This document shows positions 40,574 to 51,525 of a stretch of 64,000 nt of DNA, piece by piece. Each line of letters starts with the position of its first letter. Position 1 is the stretch's first letter. The translations under genes and the position numbers were made by a program. Location: positions 5,216,001-5,280,000 of the forward strand of contig OZ251518.1 of NCBI GenBank assembly GCA_965242965.1, written 5' to 3'. This DNA comes from Candidatus Poribacteria bacterium (GTDB lineage Bacteria; Poribacteria; WGA-4E; WGA-3G). Under the pieces are notes generated by a model that searched no databases, was not told where the DNA came from, and saw nothing but the letters and a program-made list of their open reading frames with translations.

Positions 40574-42034
40574 TTATTCGTGTTGCAGTGCCTCAACCGG
40601 ATTCAAATTCGCCGCCTGCCATGCCGGGTAGAACGTCGCCAGCCAGCAAATCAAGAACGAGAGCGCGTTGATGAAACCGACAAAGAACCAATTGACTTTT
40701 ATCGGCAACTGATTCATCTGGTAAATTTGGCTGAGTCCCAGTTCTGCCAGAGAAATCGGTTTAACAAGACAATAGAGCCCGAGCCCGATTGCAACTAACC
40801 AAAAGAGCCACAATGCCGTTTTAAAACCCTTCGGTTTCGGAGCAATTCGCCGTAACGCAATCAGCACTTGGAACAGCACTGGCAGCGCGACGATAAGTGC
40901 CCACCACGGTGACGGCCGCACGGTGTTGGAGCTGAGAAGCCAACAGAGCGTGAGTCCCAGTCCAGTGCCGAGCAGCGTTCCAAGGAGGCCGATGACGCTT
41001 CCCTGAATCATGAAAATGCCCATCACGCTGCCGCGTGAGGAGCCGAGTGTGCGCAACGTGCCAACGTCTCTTGTCTTCTCCATGACTGTCATAATCAGTG
41101 TGCTGGCGATGTTAAACGCCGCCACCAAAATAATGAGTGCCTCAATGACAACCGTGAGCGTCTTCTCTAACCGCAGTGCGGCGAATAGCGGTGCATGCAC
41201 CTCCATCCACGTTCGCGTCATAGGAAATCCCTCTAAAACGGAGAATTCCACCGCGTCCTCAATCCGTGTGGCGGCTTGCGGTGCCAATTCCGCATCAATT
41301 AGCCGGACGAAGATGGCGTTGATACGATTTGCGTTGTTATACAACTTCTGCGCTGCTTCAATGTGAATAAACCCGAAACTGTTGTCGTAAACCGCCAATT
41401 CCGATTCATACAATCCGATGACGACGAAATTGGAAAGATCTGGGATGAACGTATCCGGATTTATCGGATGTTCCTGCAGTTCCACGACAAGACGCAAGAT
41501 GTCGCCTTTGCCGATGCCGAGCCGGTCTGCTAATCGCACGCCGAGGACGATGCCGCCGGTAATCGTGTTATCGCTCTGCAGTTCCGCCGCCGCAATGAGC
41601 GGCGAATTCTGGAAGTCAACCGAGCCTACCACAAATTGCGAGAAGCCGGTTACCGTGTCTTCCTTCGCCGGTTCAATGCCCTTGATATGAATCACGTCCT
41701 GAATTCTTTTGCTATGTTCAGGAAAAACGGCTACCTGCGAGTAAACCACCGGCGATGCGGCGACAACTTCGTCAAGTGCCTCAATCTTTGCGATGCGTTC
41801 TGAAGCTGCGCCAAAAAACTCGCTACCGTGCAACATCAAGACGACGTGTGCCTCATTCGCGAGGAACCGTTCCTTAAGCCCGTGCTCAACGCCGTTGAGC
41901 ACGGCAATCGCCAAAATTACGGTTGCCACGCCGAGTGCGACACCACCGATGGAGATGATACTGATAAGCGAGATAAAGGACTGCTTTCGCCGCGAACGGA
42001 GGTATCGTGAGGCGACAAACCATTCAAATTTCAT
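40574..42034 (-). CDS. lolC: Lipoprotein-releasing ABC transporter permease LolC/E
   Basis: ASRYLRSRRK..FISLIS, VAAFNI, EKTRDVGTLRTLG, YPAWQAA..PVEAL. Confidence 0.88.
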   Translation of the reverse strand: MKFEWFVASRYLRSRRKQSFISLISIISIGGVALGVATVILAIAVLNGVEHGLKERFLANEAHVVLMLHGSEFFGAASERIAKIEALDEVVAASPVVYSQVAVFPEHSKRIQDVIHIKGIEPAKEDTVTGFSQFVVGSVDFQNSPLIAAAELQSDNTITGGIVLGVRLADRLGIGKGDILRLVVELQEHPINPDTFIPDLSNFVVIGLYESELAVYDNSFGFIHIEAAQKLYNNANRINAIFVRLIDAELAPQAATRIEDAVEFSVLEGFPMTRTWMEVHAPLFAALRLEKTLTVVIEALIILVAAFNIASTLIMTVMEKTRDVGTLRTLGSSRGSVMGIFMIQGSVIGLLGTLLGTGLGLTLCWLLSSNTVRPSPWWALIVALPVLFQVLIALRRIAPKPKGFKTALWLFWLVAIGLGLYCLVKPISLAELGLSQIYQMNQLPIKVNWFFVGFINALSFLICWLATFYPAWQAANLNPVEALQHE

Positions 42035-42576
42035 ATTTTGACGAAATCACTTTTTAGGATACCGTAAAGGACTAAATCTTCAAAAATGCCGCACTTTCTG
42101 GCTTCTTTCGGATAGTCTCCTTCGTGTTGCATCCCGATTTTCTGCATCACGCGTCCAGAAGCCGGATTGCGTCTGAAGTGATACGCATAAATCCGATGAA
42201 GGCATAATTCGTGGAACCCGTATCCCAGGACAGCGCGCGCCGCTTCGGTGCAGTAACCGCGATGCCAATAAGGTTTACCCACCCAATAGCCGAGTTCAGC
42301 GGTACCGTGTGCATCCTTACGCCCCAGGCCAATCGCGCCAATCAGACTTCCCTCTTCTCGCAGTGTTATCGCGAACGTCGCGCCTTCTTCCTTTTCAAAT
42401 TCCTCGTGCGTTGAACGAATCCACTTTTCCGCCACGCCGTCCTCATAGGGATGCGGGATTTGCGTCATATCTGCGATGTCGTGTTCACCGGCGAGTCGTT
42501 GCACGTCCGCTGCATCCGCAAGCGTCAATGGACGGCAGGCGAGCCTATCGGTGTAGAGTGTCGGTTGTGTGCACAT
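42031..42576 (-). CDS. GNAT acetyltransferase, RimJ/RimL family
   Basis: ELGYWVGKPYWHRGY, NPASGRVMQKIG. Confidence 0.9.
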   Translation of the reverse strand: MCTQPTLYTDRLACRPLTLADAADVQRLAGEHDIADMTQIPHPYEDGVAEKWIRSTHEEFEKEEGATFAITLREEGSLIGAIGLGRKDAHGTAELGYWVGKPYWHRGYCTEAARAVLGYGFHELCLHRIYAYHFRRNPASGRVMQKIGMQHEGDYPKEARKCGIFEDLVLYGILKSDFVKI

Positions 42577-44049
42577 CTAATTCTCCGGTCGCATCTGTGG
42601 AAACAGGATGACATCCCGAATGGCGTGTTGGTTTGTGAGCAACATCGTCAGCCTGTCAATACCGATGCCGAGTCCGCCTGTTGGCGGCATTCCGTATTCC
42701 AGGGCGCGGAGGTAGTCTTCGTCCAACATGAACGCCTCTTCGTCGCCGCGCTCCAGCCGATTTGCCTGCTCCATGAAGCGTTGCCGCTGATCTACCGGGT
42801 CATTTAGTTCGCTAAAGGCGTTGCCAACTTCCATCCCGCAGACGAAAAATTCAAAGCGTTCCACGAATTCGGGATTATTGGGTTTCTTCTTCGCGAACGG
42901 CGATACCTCAAGCGGGTAATCGGTGATGAACGTTGGCTGAATCAGTTTTGGCTCGACAAATTCATCGAAGAGTTCGGCGATGATTTCACCTTTGGATTCA
43001 TCGCCAGCCAAAGCGACACCGGCGTTAATTGCCTCCGTGTAAAGTTCATCGGATGACAGAGATACGGAATCAATGCCGCTGTGCTCCCGAACGGCATCTA
43101 CCATAGTGAGCCTGCGCCAAGGCGGCGTGAAATCGATTTCATGCTCTTGATATGGAATCTTCATTGTCCCATGGACGCGCGCCACCGTCTGCGCGATGAG
43201 CGTCTCTGTCAACTCCATGATTTGGAGATAGTCGGCGTAAGCCTGATAGAGTTCAAGCATCGTAAATTCGGGGGAATGATTCCTGTCTATCCCTTCATTT
43301 CGGAAGTCGCGGGAGAATTCATAAACCCTGTCAAACCCGCCGACGATGAGCCGCTTGAGGTAAAGTTCGTTTGCGATGCGCAGATAGAGTGCTTGTTCCA
43401 AGGTATGGTGATACGTTGTAAATGGTCTCGCGCTTGCACCGCCATAAATCGGCTGTAGCACCGGTGTCTCCACTTCAATAAAACGTTGCGCGTTGAGCAT
43501 GTCCCGAAGTGCTTGGACAATCTGTGTCCGCTTGATAAAGACGTTTTTGACTTCTGGGTTCATGATAAGATCAGCGTAACGTTGTCGATAACGCGTCTGT
43601 TTGTCTTGCAAGCCGTGCCATTTTTCGGGTAGCGGCCGGAGCGACTTGGCGAGCAGCTGCACCACCTCAGCGAGGATGGTGAGTTCTCCGGTGCGCGTTC
43701 GGAAAACTACGCCTTCAACGCCGATGATGTCGCCGATGTCAAACCGGCGGTAAACCCGATAGGGTTCCGGGTCGACTTTATCGCGTCGGACGTAGATTTG
43801 GATGCGTCCATCGGTATCTTGTAGGTGCGCGAAGCTGCTTTTGCCGTGGTCGCGCTTAGTCATGATGCGTCCGGCGAGTCGGATGCGTTGCGTTTCGTCA
43901 GGTGTTTCTTGCACTTCGGCGAAGTCCCGGTGAATCGCCGCAGTGGTGTGCGTCGGTTCATATTGATGCGGATACGGGTTCACGCCGAGTTCGCGAATTT
44001 CGTTGAGTTTGTCGCGGCGTTGCTGAATGAGTGCTTTTGTTTCTTCCAA
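42577..44049 (-). CDS. lysS: Lysine--tRNA ligase (class II)
   Basis: LPEKWHGL, YRQRY, FRNEG, YGMPPTGGLGIGIDRL. Confidence 0.97.
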   Translation of the reverse strand: MEETKALIQQRRDKLNEIRELGVNPYPHQYEPTHTTAAIHRDFAEVQETPDETQRIRLAGRIMTKRDHGKSSFAHLQDTDGRIQIYVRRDKVDPEPYRVYRRFDIGDIIGVEGVVFRTRTGELTILAEVVQLLAKSLRPLPEKWHGLQDKQTRYRQRYADLIMNPEVKNVFIKRTQIVQALRDMLNAQRFIEVETPVLQPIYGGASARPFTTYHHTLEQALYLRIANELYLKRLIVGGFDRVYEFSRDFRNEGIDRNHSPEFTMLELYQAYADYLQIMELTETLIAQTVARVHGTMKIPYQEHEIDFTPPWRRLTMVDAVREHSGIDSVSLSSDELYTEAINAGVALAGDESKGEIIAELFDEFVEPKLIQPTFITDYPLEVSPFAKKKPNNPEFVERFEFFVCGMEVGNAFSELNDPVDQRQRFMEQANRLERGDEEAFMLDEDYLRALEYGMPPTGGLGIGIDRLTMLLTNQHAIRDVILFPQMRPEN

Positions 44050-44081
44050 CGGTTCTCCCTCCTTTCGTTTTGTCTGCTTTA

Positions 44082-44110
44082 ATTATACCTTAATTTTCAT
44101 GATATGTCAA
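44082..44110 (-). promoter_or_regulatory. Sigma70-type promoter of lysS operon
   Basis: TTGACA-17 bp-TATAAT perfect consensus. Confidence 0.85.
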
Positions 44111-44218
44111 CAGAAAAATGAAAGATGTCAAATAACAGGCTATAGTTTGGGCGCGCCCGAGCCGAAGCACGGCGAGGGACAGGTTTTCGCTGCGCTCCGG
44201 CTCGCGCAGGTTATCCTG

Positions 44219-45323
44219 CTATTTCTGTTGTGCTTTCATCTTGAGGTAACCCTCAATGAAAGGGTCCAACGCGCCATCCAACACCGCGTTGACATTGCCG
44301 GTTTCAACGTTTGTTCGGACATCCTTGACGCGCTGGTAAGGATGCAGGACATAAGAGCGGATCTGGCTGCCGAAGTTAATATCGGGACGCGCGCTGCGCT
44401 GCTTAGCAAGTTCAGCCTCGCGTTCTTCGCGGTACCGTTCGTGGAGGCGCGAGCGCAACAGTTTCATCGCAATCTCGCGATTTTTGTGCTGCGAACGTTC
44501 ATTTTGGCACTGCACGACAATGCCGGTAGGCTTGTGCGTAATCCGAACGGCAGAATCGGTGACGTTGACATGCTGTCCGCCCGCGCCGCTGGCGCGATAG
44601 CAATCAATGCGAAGTTCATCCTCGTGGATATCCACCTCCACCGTGTCGTCAATTTCAGGCGTAACGTCAATTGCGGCGAAGGAGGTATGCCGGCGGTTGT
44701 TAAAGTCATAAGGAGACAACCGGACGAGCCGATGGACTCCCGCTTCGGCTTGCAGATAGCCGTAGACATCAGCGCCTGCGACGAGAATGGTTGCACCCTT
44801 AATGCCCCCTTCATTGTCAGTGGTTATATCCACAATTTCAGTTTTGTAGCCGCGAGTGTCGCACCATCGGAGATACATCCGCATCAGCATTTCCGCCCAA
44901 TCCTGCGCGTCTACACCACCTGCGCCGGCGTGTATACTGAGAATAGCGTTGTTTTCATCAAACTCGCCGGTGAGCATTAAGCGAAGTTCCATCGTCTCTA
45001 ACCGGGTTGCCGCCGCCGCCAATCCGCTGGAGATTTCGGTGTGTAAGGTGGCATCGTTCTCCTCAATGGCGAGTTCCAGCAAGGTTTCAAGTTCTTCGAT
45101 CTCGCCGCTCAGTTTTTCATAATCGGCGATTTCCTCTCGGAGGAAGGCGATGCGCTGGTTCACCTTTTGGACACGCTGCGGCTTCTTCCAAAAATCGGGC
45201 GCGAGCGCGTCTTCTTCCAACCTCGCCAATTCCTTCTGTTTTTCAGCCAGGTCAAAGATAGCCTCGGATTTCAAGGAGCCGAGCGTGCATCTCTTCGGCC
45301 TGGGTTTTCAGTTCTACGAGCAT
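44219..45323 (-). CDS. prfB: Peptide chain release factor 2 with programmed +1 frameshift
   Basis: GGQ motif and SPY; frame 1 MLVELKTQ...RGYL ends at CTT TGA C (45257-45251), then continues in the 44219-45274 ORF frame. Confidence 0.95.
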
Positions 45324-47057
45324 TTAATTTTTTCTCCGTTCATAAATTATCCACGCGAACCCCCCAACGCAGAGGATGGCGCAGGAGATTGGAAACCAGT
45401 CGCCGTAGCGCGTGTAAAGCGTTTGTCCATCTTGCGTCAATAGAGGCACGCGAGCGACGAGCACTTCTTCGGTGGTGTTTGGTGTTATCAGCGGCGTTAT
45501 CGTCCTTCCGAATTTGTCGACAATGCATGAAATGCCGCCGTTCGCGCAGCGGAAGATGGCAATCCTATTCTCCACAGCACGGAAAGGTGCCATGGAGAGA
45601 TGCTGTTCCGGGAACGCCGTTCCGACGAACCACGCATCGTTAGTGAGGATGCCCATCACCTGCGCGCCTTCTTGGACGAATTTGCGAAAATGAGCTGGGA
45701 AAACAGACTCAAAGCAAATCGCAACGCCTAGGTTGATATTTTCAGTGCCTCTTCTTTTAACGCCTCTTCTTTTAACGCCTCTTCTTTTAACGTTTGACAG
45801 CGGTAAAAGGTTTACTTTTTTTCCCGGCACAAACGGTTCAAAGAGGATAAAGTTTGGGACAAAGTCAGGAATAAACCGCCGCAAAGGCACATATTCCCCG
45901 AAAGGGACAAGATGCATTTTGTCATACTGCCCGAGTTCCTTGACTTGCGGTGAGAGCAAAAAGACGCTGTTGAAAAGTTTTTTTGATGCATCGCGATGGG
46001 TTGTCCCTAGCAGGAACGGAATCCCTGTCTCCTGCAGCAGCCGCCGAAACCTGCCGTGATAGGTTGGCCAATCGCCTGTCACGACTTTTTCTCTCACCGC
46101 GGTTTCGGGCCACACAATAAGCTCGGGGAGCTCGGGTGACGCTGTGCTTGCTTGCCGCGTCAGCGTTATATAGCGGTGCAATATGGCTGGAACTTCGTTA
46201 CGGTTCCATTTTTGTAGTTGCGGAATGTTCCCCGGGACGAGCGCGACGTTTAAACTGTTCTGATTTGCATCCGCGCTTTGGACGCGCGCCTCTTCTGATT
46301 GCAATTGCAAAACGCCGTAAGCGAAGCAGGCAAGCGTTACAATGAGCGGCACTACCGTTGCTGGCATCTGTAACAACTTGAAGAAACCTGCACGGTGAGG
46401 GACAGGTTTCTCGCGCGATACGGTATGAAAAGCGTTGAAAATTACAGTCGCGATACCGGCGTTGAATAGCACGATGACGAAACTTACGCCGTGCACACCG
46501 AATATGGACGCTATCTGTATCATCGACAGATTGTTCCACTGCGAATAGCCGATGCTTCCCCATGGAAACCCGGTTATCATCCAACTCCGCACCCATTCAA
46601 GGGCTGTCCAGATACAGGCGGCTGCGATAGGAAATAGCACACCGGCGCGCCAGGGTAGCACGTGAATTAGCGCGGCAAATACCGCAAAATAGAGCGCGGT
46701 ATAGCCAACGAGAAGCAGGTATCCGAGCAAGGTAGCGGCGATGTTCGCATACGGATAGAGGAGCAAGATGGCGAGAAGCGTTCCTGCGAAAAAGAGGAAG
46801 CCCGTTAAATAGCCGATACCGAAAGCGGATTTCCAACTTTTCGCATGCGTCATCGCGACGAAAAGCGGCACTAGTGCAATCCAAGCCAGCGGAAAAAGAT
46901 TTGCATTCGGGAAGCTGCAAAACAGCAAAACCGCCGAGAGTATCGCGAGTATCCAATGTTGGTAGCGTTTGACAAAATCTTTCGTAGGGTTACCCTCCAA
47001 AGGGATTCGGAAGAACAGATATGCAAACTGTCTGTCCGGATTGCTAGTTCTCCTCAC
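45324..47057 (-). CDS. lnt: Apolipoprotein N-acyltransferase (start uncertain)
   Basis: GFPW, WPET, YDKMHLVPFGEY, ICFES, TNDAWF, QH, RAVEN. Confidence 0.93.
   Translation of the reverse strand: MRRTSNPDRQFAYLFFRIPLEGNPTKDFVKRYQHWILAILSAVLLFCSFPNANLFPLAWIALVPLFVAMTHAKSWKSAFGIGYLTGFLFFAGTLLAILLLYPYANIAATLLGYLLLVGYTALYFAVFAALIHVLPWRAGVLFPIAAACIWTALEWVRSWMITGFPWGSIGYSQWNNLSMIQIASIFGVHGVSFVIVLFNAGIATVIFNAFHTVSREKPVPHRAGFFKLLQMPATVVPLIVTLACFAYGVLQLQSEEARVQSADANQNSLNVALVPGNIPQLQKWNRNEVPAILHRYITLTRQASTASPELPELIVWPETAVREKVVTGDWPTYHGRFRRLLQETGIPFLLGTTHRDASKKLFNSVFLLSPQVKELGQYDKMHLVPFGEYVPLRRFIPDFVPNFILFEPFVPGKKVNLLPLSNVKRRGVKRRGVKRRGTENINLGVAICFESVFPAHFRKFVQEGAQVMGILTNDAWFVGTAFPEQHLSMAPFRAVENRIAIFRCANGGISCIVDKFGRTITPLITPNTTEEVLVARVPLLTQDGQTLYTRYGDWFPISCAILCVGGFAWIIYERRKN
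45747..45792. repeat. 15-bp in-frame tandem repeat x3 in lnt (VKRRG)3
   Basis: (GCCTCTTCTTTTAAC)3. Confidence 0.9.
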
Positions 47058-47466
47058 TCAATCTTGAAAGCAGTTGGTGAGGCGTGAGGACAGGCATCGG
47101 GCTTCCGGTGAATCCCGAAGAATCGCGGGTGACAATGCAGTCAAGTTGCAGGCTCATCGCGCAGGCAATTTGCAGATTGTCCTCAAAATCGTTGCCTTCC
47201 AGCATTATCGCCGCTTCCAATTCATCTGCCCCAACTGTGATAATAGACAGTTGATTCAAAGTGGCTTGAACCAACTCCCATGCTCTCTCGCGCCCTGCTT
47301 GGCGGCGCGTGACGTAAAATACGTCAGTCAGCGAAGTCGCGGTGACGTAGGCAACAAATTGCCCATCAAGATCGGCTTGCATGATGGCACCGGCATCGGT
47401 TTCCCAGGGAGCCCGTTCAAGCAGCGCGTCAAGAATCACATTGGTATCCAACAGTGCGTGAATCAT
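47044..47466 (-). CDS. PIN-domain protein (VapC-like toxin)
   Basis: LLDTNVILD, DFED..Q, IVTRD. Confidence 0.85.
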   Translation of the reverse strand: MIHALLDTNVILDALLERAPWETDAGAIMQADLDGQFVAYVTATSLTDVFYVTRRQAGRERAWELVQATLNQLSIITVGADELEAAIMLEGNDFEDNLQIACAMSLQLDCIVTRDSSGFTGSPMPVLTPHQLLSRLSEEN

Positions 47467-47699
47467 CCGTATTTTTTCAGTCGCTCCTCTTCGATGATTT
47501 TCCTGCATTCCTCGTCGGTGGGTGGAGGATTGCCTGTCCTTACAATTGCGCGCATCTCTTCCAGCGTCATCGTCTTTGGCGGTTTTGGGGGCCTCGGTGG
47601 CACGACTGTCTCTAGAATGCGCCGAGCGAGCTCAATTCTCACGTCAGCATCCCACTGCCGCACGTGATGAACTATCTCAAAAATCTGTTTGGAATCCAT
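47463..47699 (-). CDS. Putative antitoxin
   Basis: 78 aa, 4-bp overlap with PIN gene, ends EERLKKYG. Confidence 0.65.
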   Translation of the reverse strand: MDSKQIFEIVHHVRQWDADVRIELARRILETVVPPRPPKPPKTMTLEEMRAIVRTGNPPPTDEECRKIIEEERLKKYG

Positions 47700-47764
47700 A
47701 TTCTGAAACTCCTTTCGTTATTGGGTTAACAGCAAGTGTATCATCTCCTCCGCGCTCCGGAAAA

Positions 47765-48251
47765 AAACGGCACTTCACCGTAGGGCTTGGGCCCTCGCAT
47801 GCCACACGCGCATCCGAGCGGGTTTCCCTCGCCATGCCTCGCGCAATCCAACGCGCGCTACGAAAAAAACGCTTCCCCTCATCGTAGGGCGAGGGCCTGT
47901 CCCTCGCCATCGCTCGCGCGCCCCAGGCTCTGTAGTTCAGGAGCACCCGCTCCTGAACCGTTTGTGATCAGGCGATCACAAACTACAGACGGGAAACACA
48001 TCGGGACGATAGGGATCGCGGGGGCCTGTCCCCCGCGCTACGAAAAAAAACGCCGCTCGCGCGCTCCAACGCTCGCGGGGGACAGGCCCCCGCGCTACGA
48101 AAAAAACGCTTCCCCTCATCGTAGGGCGAGGGCCTGTCCCTCGCCATCGTTCGATCTCTCCAACGCTCGCGGGGGACAGGCCCCCGCGCTACGGGAACAT
48201 CGAGACCAGGAGGTCTCTCCTACCGAACGCATCGAAATATGAAACACCCTC
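47765..48251. repeat. Composite REP cluster with right TIR
   Basis: REP doublets; ends ATATGAAACACCCTC. Confidence 0.85.
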
Positions 48252-48289
48252 GTTTAAATAGGATACCACGACGTGACAAAAATGTCAAC

Positions 48290-50398
48290 TCAAAAAATAT
48301 CCGCCTTTAACAAATGCGCAATCTTCACAAACACAATCCGCTCCCTCTCCCCATCGACATCGCGGTTGTCATTGTAGACGACAAAGAAATTGCTCTCTGG
48401 ACGATATTCATACGCGAAGAGCCCGAAGACACGGCGTTCCTGCTCTAACGTAAATTCCGCGCTGACTCTCGCGTACATCCGCTGCGCAAACTGATAACTG
48501 ACGATGAAACGGCGCGTCCATTCCGAAAGCCGCCACTGTGCGGCATCCGGTTCGCGTTCATGGAGACGTTGGAGGATGAACTCACAGCTGAGTTTCGGCG
48601 TGGGACGAATCGTAATCTCCGGTCGGATGAAGAACGTATCCCGATTATCGCGCACGCCGAATGTGCCGGTGTTCCGAATCTGGACATATTTCGGCGGGAA
48701 CCACCCGGCGAAAAAGCGGACTGTCCTGTCCGTAAACGGTTCATTCTCATCGTTCATGTGATAATACCATTCCGGGCCGAGGAGAAAAAAGAAATCTTTC
48801 ACGCCGAGCAGGCCGCTCACATTCGCGCGGTGGTTCGTCAGTTCACCGGCATGGTTTTCAAGCCGTTCATAAGTTGCCTCGCCGCGGAGCCGCTCCAGCG
48901 CGCCTTTATACTGCTTGTTATAGCGGCTCCTCAAGACGAACCCACGTCTATCAATACGCGGGATAAAGCCGGTTTCGGGGTTAAAATTTTCGCCGATATC
49001 CGCGTAAATCGCCTCAAATGAAAATACATTCGTCCGCCGGTCCAACTGAATGAAGGCTAGGTTATCTGCCGTGCTTTCTGTCATGTCCAAGCCGCCTGCC
49101 TTCCATTCCCGCGCGTATTCCAAATTAAGATTCATATCGGCGGGTAGCCGAATGCGCGCATCCATGCCGCCTGCCCTATCGTAGACACCCCCGCGCTGTT
49201 TGTTTACGCCTAGCACACCGACAGAGGAGGTTTTTCCTAACTCCCGTTGCAACCGAAAAACGGTGTAGTTATAGTCATTAAGAGGCAAGTCTCCCGTCTC
49301 AAGCTCCTTATCTTTATCCTCCGGACCGGCGATGGCTCCCATCAAGGCGATATTGTAATCGCTAACCTTGCCGATGACTTTCCCGCCGCCGACCAGGTTT
49401 TCGACGCGGCGGCTATAGAACAGATCGAGCGGCATTTGGAAGAGTTCGTTTCCTTCAAGAAAAAAGGGACGTTTTTCCGGGAAACGGAGTGGGATATCGG
49501 TTAAATTGACAAGATCCGGGTCTGCCTCAATTTGAGCGAAATCGGGATTGAGCGTCACATCCACCGTGAAATCGGTGCTAGGATACCGCACGTCAATGCC
49601 CGCGTCTGCCTTCATACTGATTGGTTCATCATCGATTTGTTGCGGTTTCAAGGTGGTATAAGGTTTGAATTTCAGGGGACGCTTCGTCACCAATTCGGTA
49701 ATCGGCATCCCGGTCAGCCTTCCAAACCGAGAGACAGCGTATTGGCGTTCGCCCAGGTCTGCCCAGGTCTGCTCTTCGCCGAGAGCTTCATCGTTTCGCC
49801 AGAAGTTGATGCCCCATGTTGTGGCTGTCGGTTCCTTTGGAAAGCGGAGTGATGCAAACGGAATGGCGAGTTCGGCTATCCACTTGTCAGCCTCTTTCGC
49901 GGCTTGTCCTGTCCATTCGCAGTCCCATGAAATGGCGGTGCCGATTTGAGACGAGCCGGTGCGTCGGTTCGCGCCTTCATTCGTGAGCCGCCGGTCCGTC
50001 TGCGTGCCGAGTGGATTCAAGGCGAACGCGTAGCAGTTGCGGTTGTCGAGAAAGGTATCAATGAGGATTTCGACGTGATCATCGGAGAAAAAGAACGAGT
50101 CGCGCCGCGTCTGATTCGCCGCGAGGTTGTGCATATCGTTCTTGAAGCATTCAAAAGCGACGTAGAGATTATTCGCATCGTGTGTGAGATAAACGGTGGT
50201 TGCCTGCGTGGCTTGCGCGCCTCGCTGCGGCTCAAATTGAATGAACTGTCCTGTTTGAGATGCGTGCTGCCAACAGGCATCGTCAAGTTTCCCATCGATG
50301 TTCGGGGGTGTTTCAGTTGAGACAGCGTTAATCTCTCGGCCCGCGGCGGCTATGCTGCAGAGACAGAAGATGCCGAGGATGCTAAGTGCGATTTTCAT
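48290..50398 (-). CDS. DUF5916-like / CBM9-like outer-membrane protein
   Basis: Signal peptide, PNIDGKLDD, ELAIPF..LRF, TLNPDFAQIEAD, FPEKRPFFLEG, FYSRR. Confidence 0.75.
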   Translation of the reverse strand: MKIALSILGIFCLCSIAAAGREINAVSTETPPNIDGKLDDACWQHASQTGQFIQFEPQRGAQATQATTVYLTHDANNLYVAFECFKNDMHNLAANQTRRDSFFFSDDHVEILIDTFLDNRNCYAFALNPLGTQTDRRLTNEGANRRTGSSQIGTAISWDCEWTGQAAKEADKWIAELAIPFASLRFPKEPTATTWGINFWRNDEALGEEQTWADLGERQYAVSRFGRLTGMPITELVTKRPLKFKPYTTLKPQQIDDEPISMKADAGIDVRYPSTDFTVDVTLNPDFAQIEADPDLVNLTDIPLRFPEKRPFFLEGNELFQMPLDLFYSRRVENLVGGGKVIGKVSDYNIALMGAIAGPEDKDKELETGDLPLNDYNYTVFRLQRELGKTSSVGVLGVNKQRGGVYDRAGGMDARIRLPADMNLNLEYAREWKAGGLDMTESTADNLAFIQLDRRTNVFSFEAIYADIGENFNPETGFIPRIDRRGFVLRSRYNKQYKGALERLRGEATYERLENHAGELTNHRANVSGLLGVKDFFFLLGPEWYYHMNDENEPFTDRTVRFFAGWFPPKYVQIRNTGTFGVRDNRDTFFIRPEITIRPTPKLSCEFILQRLHEREPDAAQWRLSEWTRRFIVSYQFAQRMYARVSAEFTLEQERRVFGLFAYEYRPESNFFVVYNDNRDVDGERERIVFVKIAHLLKADIF

Positions 50399-50880
50399 AA
50401 GTTTTCTGGTTTGGGAGCCTCCTTTTTTACGTTGGGGGTATGGTATCAGATTTTGGGTTTTGTGTCAACTGTCGTTATCGGAGAAAAAAATAAATGCCAG
50501 TTGTTTCGTAGGGCGAGGGCCTGTCCCTCGCCATGCAACGATCGCGGGGGACAGGCCCCCGCGCTACGGTATGCAAGGCCGCCTCCCTTTCACCGTAGTG
50601 CGAGGGCCTGTCCCTCGCCGTGCAACGCTCGCGGGGGACAGGCCCCCGCGCTACGGACAATGCAGCAACCATCCGCTTCACCACCGTGCTGATCTCCAAA
50701 AAAACTTGACAAAAAACACCAAATTTGCTAAATTAAAATCACTTTCAACCATTTTTGGCAATTTTTCGCGGGAATTTGACACTTTTTTCGATTTTCCCGC
50801 AAAAAACTTGACAAAAAAACTGAAATTCGCTAAAATAAGACCAGGTTTAACGTTTTTAGCGAATTTCTCGCAAAAAAAAT

Positions 50881-50909
50881 TTGACATTTATCACGTTTCC
50901 GTGTATAAT
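50881..50909 (+). promoter_or_regulatory. Sigma70-type promoter upstream of cohesin cluster
   Basis: TTGACA-17 bp-TATAAT; preceded by duplicated TTGACA-rich blocks. Confidence 0.8.
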
Positions 50910-51525
50910 TAATGCAAACGTGGTGATGCGCGTGAAAAAATCGCGCCACCATGCGCCTGAAATCCGCAAACTTGCTGAACAAGGAACAATACCGTGAACC
51001 AGCGAATTGATTATGCCATTGCGAAAAAGGTCACCGTAGACCTACCCGGGCCCCGCGAGATGCCGCACATCCCGTGCGCGTCTGGCCCGTTTGTCGCGCC
51101 ATCACGAGTTCCCGTTCACCTTAATGCCCAGAAGGGAGGCTCGACCCCCCCCTACACTCCCAGGCGTTAAGCAAATCTTATTCACTTGACAGCGGCGACT
51201 TTTGTCGTCATGTTGTCTTCAACCCCGCACGCATTCTTTGCGTGGCGGGTTATTTTCGTTGCATCGGGGTTGTCCCAGTGCACGTTTTCCCTGCCGCATT
51301 ATCGGTTGCTCCCGTTTTCTTTGTTATTTCCCCTATTTGTCCCATTTCGCTGTTGCGCGCCGCAACCGCTGTTCTCCCATTTTTCAAAGGTGGGGCAAAC
51401 GGGGGAATCTCATTCTGCTCCCACGATAAGAGACTTCCTAATCCTGAAAATCCTGTAAATCCTGATTCAGACAACTGGCGGGGACGCGCCCCGCAAACTG
51501 ACGAAACATAAGGAGATTTAATCCA

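Noticed and set aside
47044-47699. PIN toxin-antitoxin pair as a novel defence system
   Set aside because: Ordinary VapBC-like two-gene module; nothing unusual beyond its position upstream of lnt
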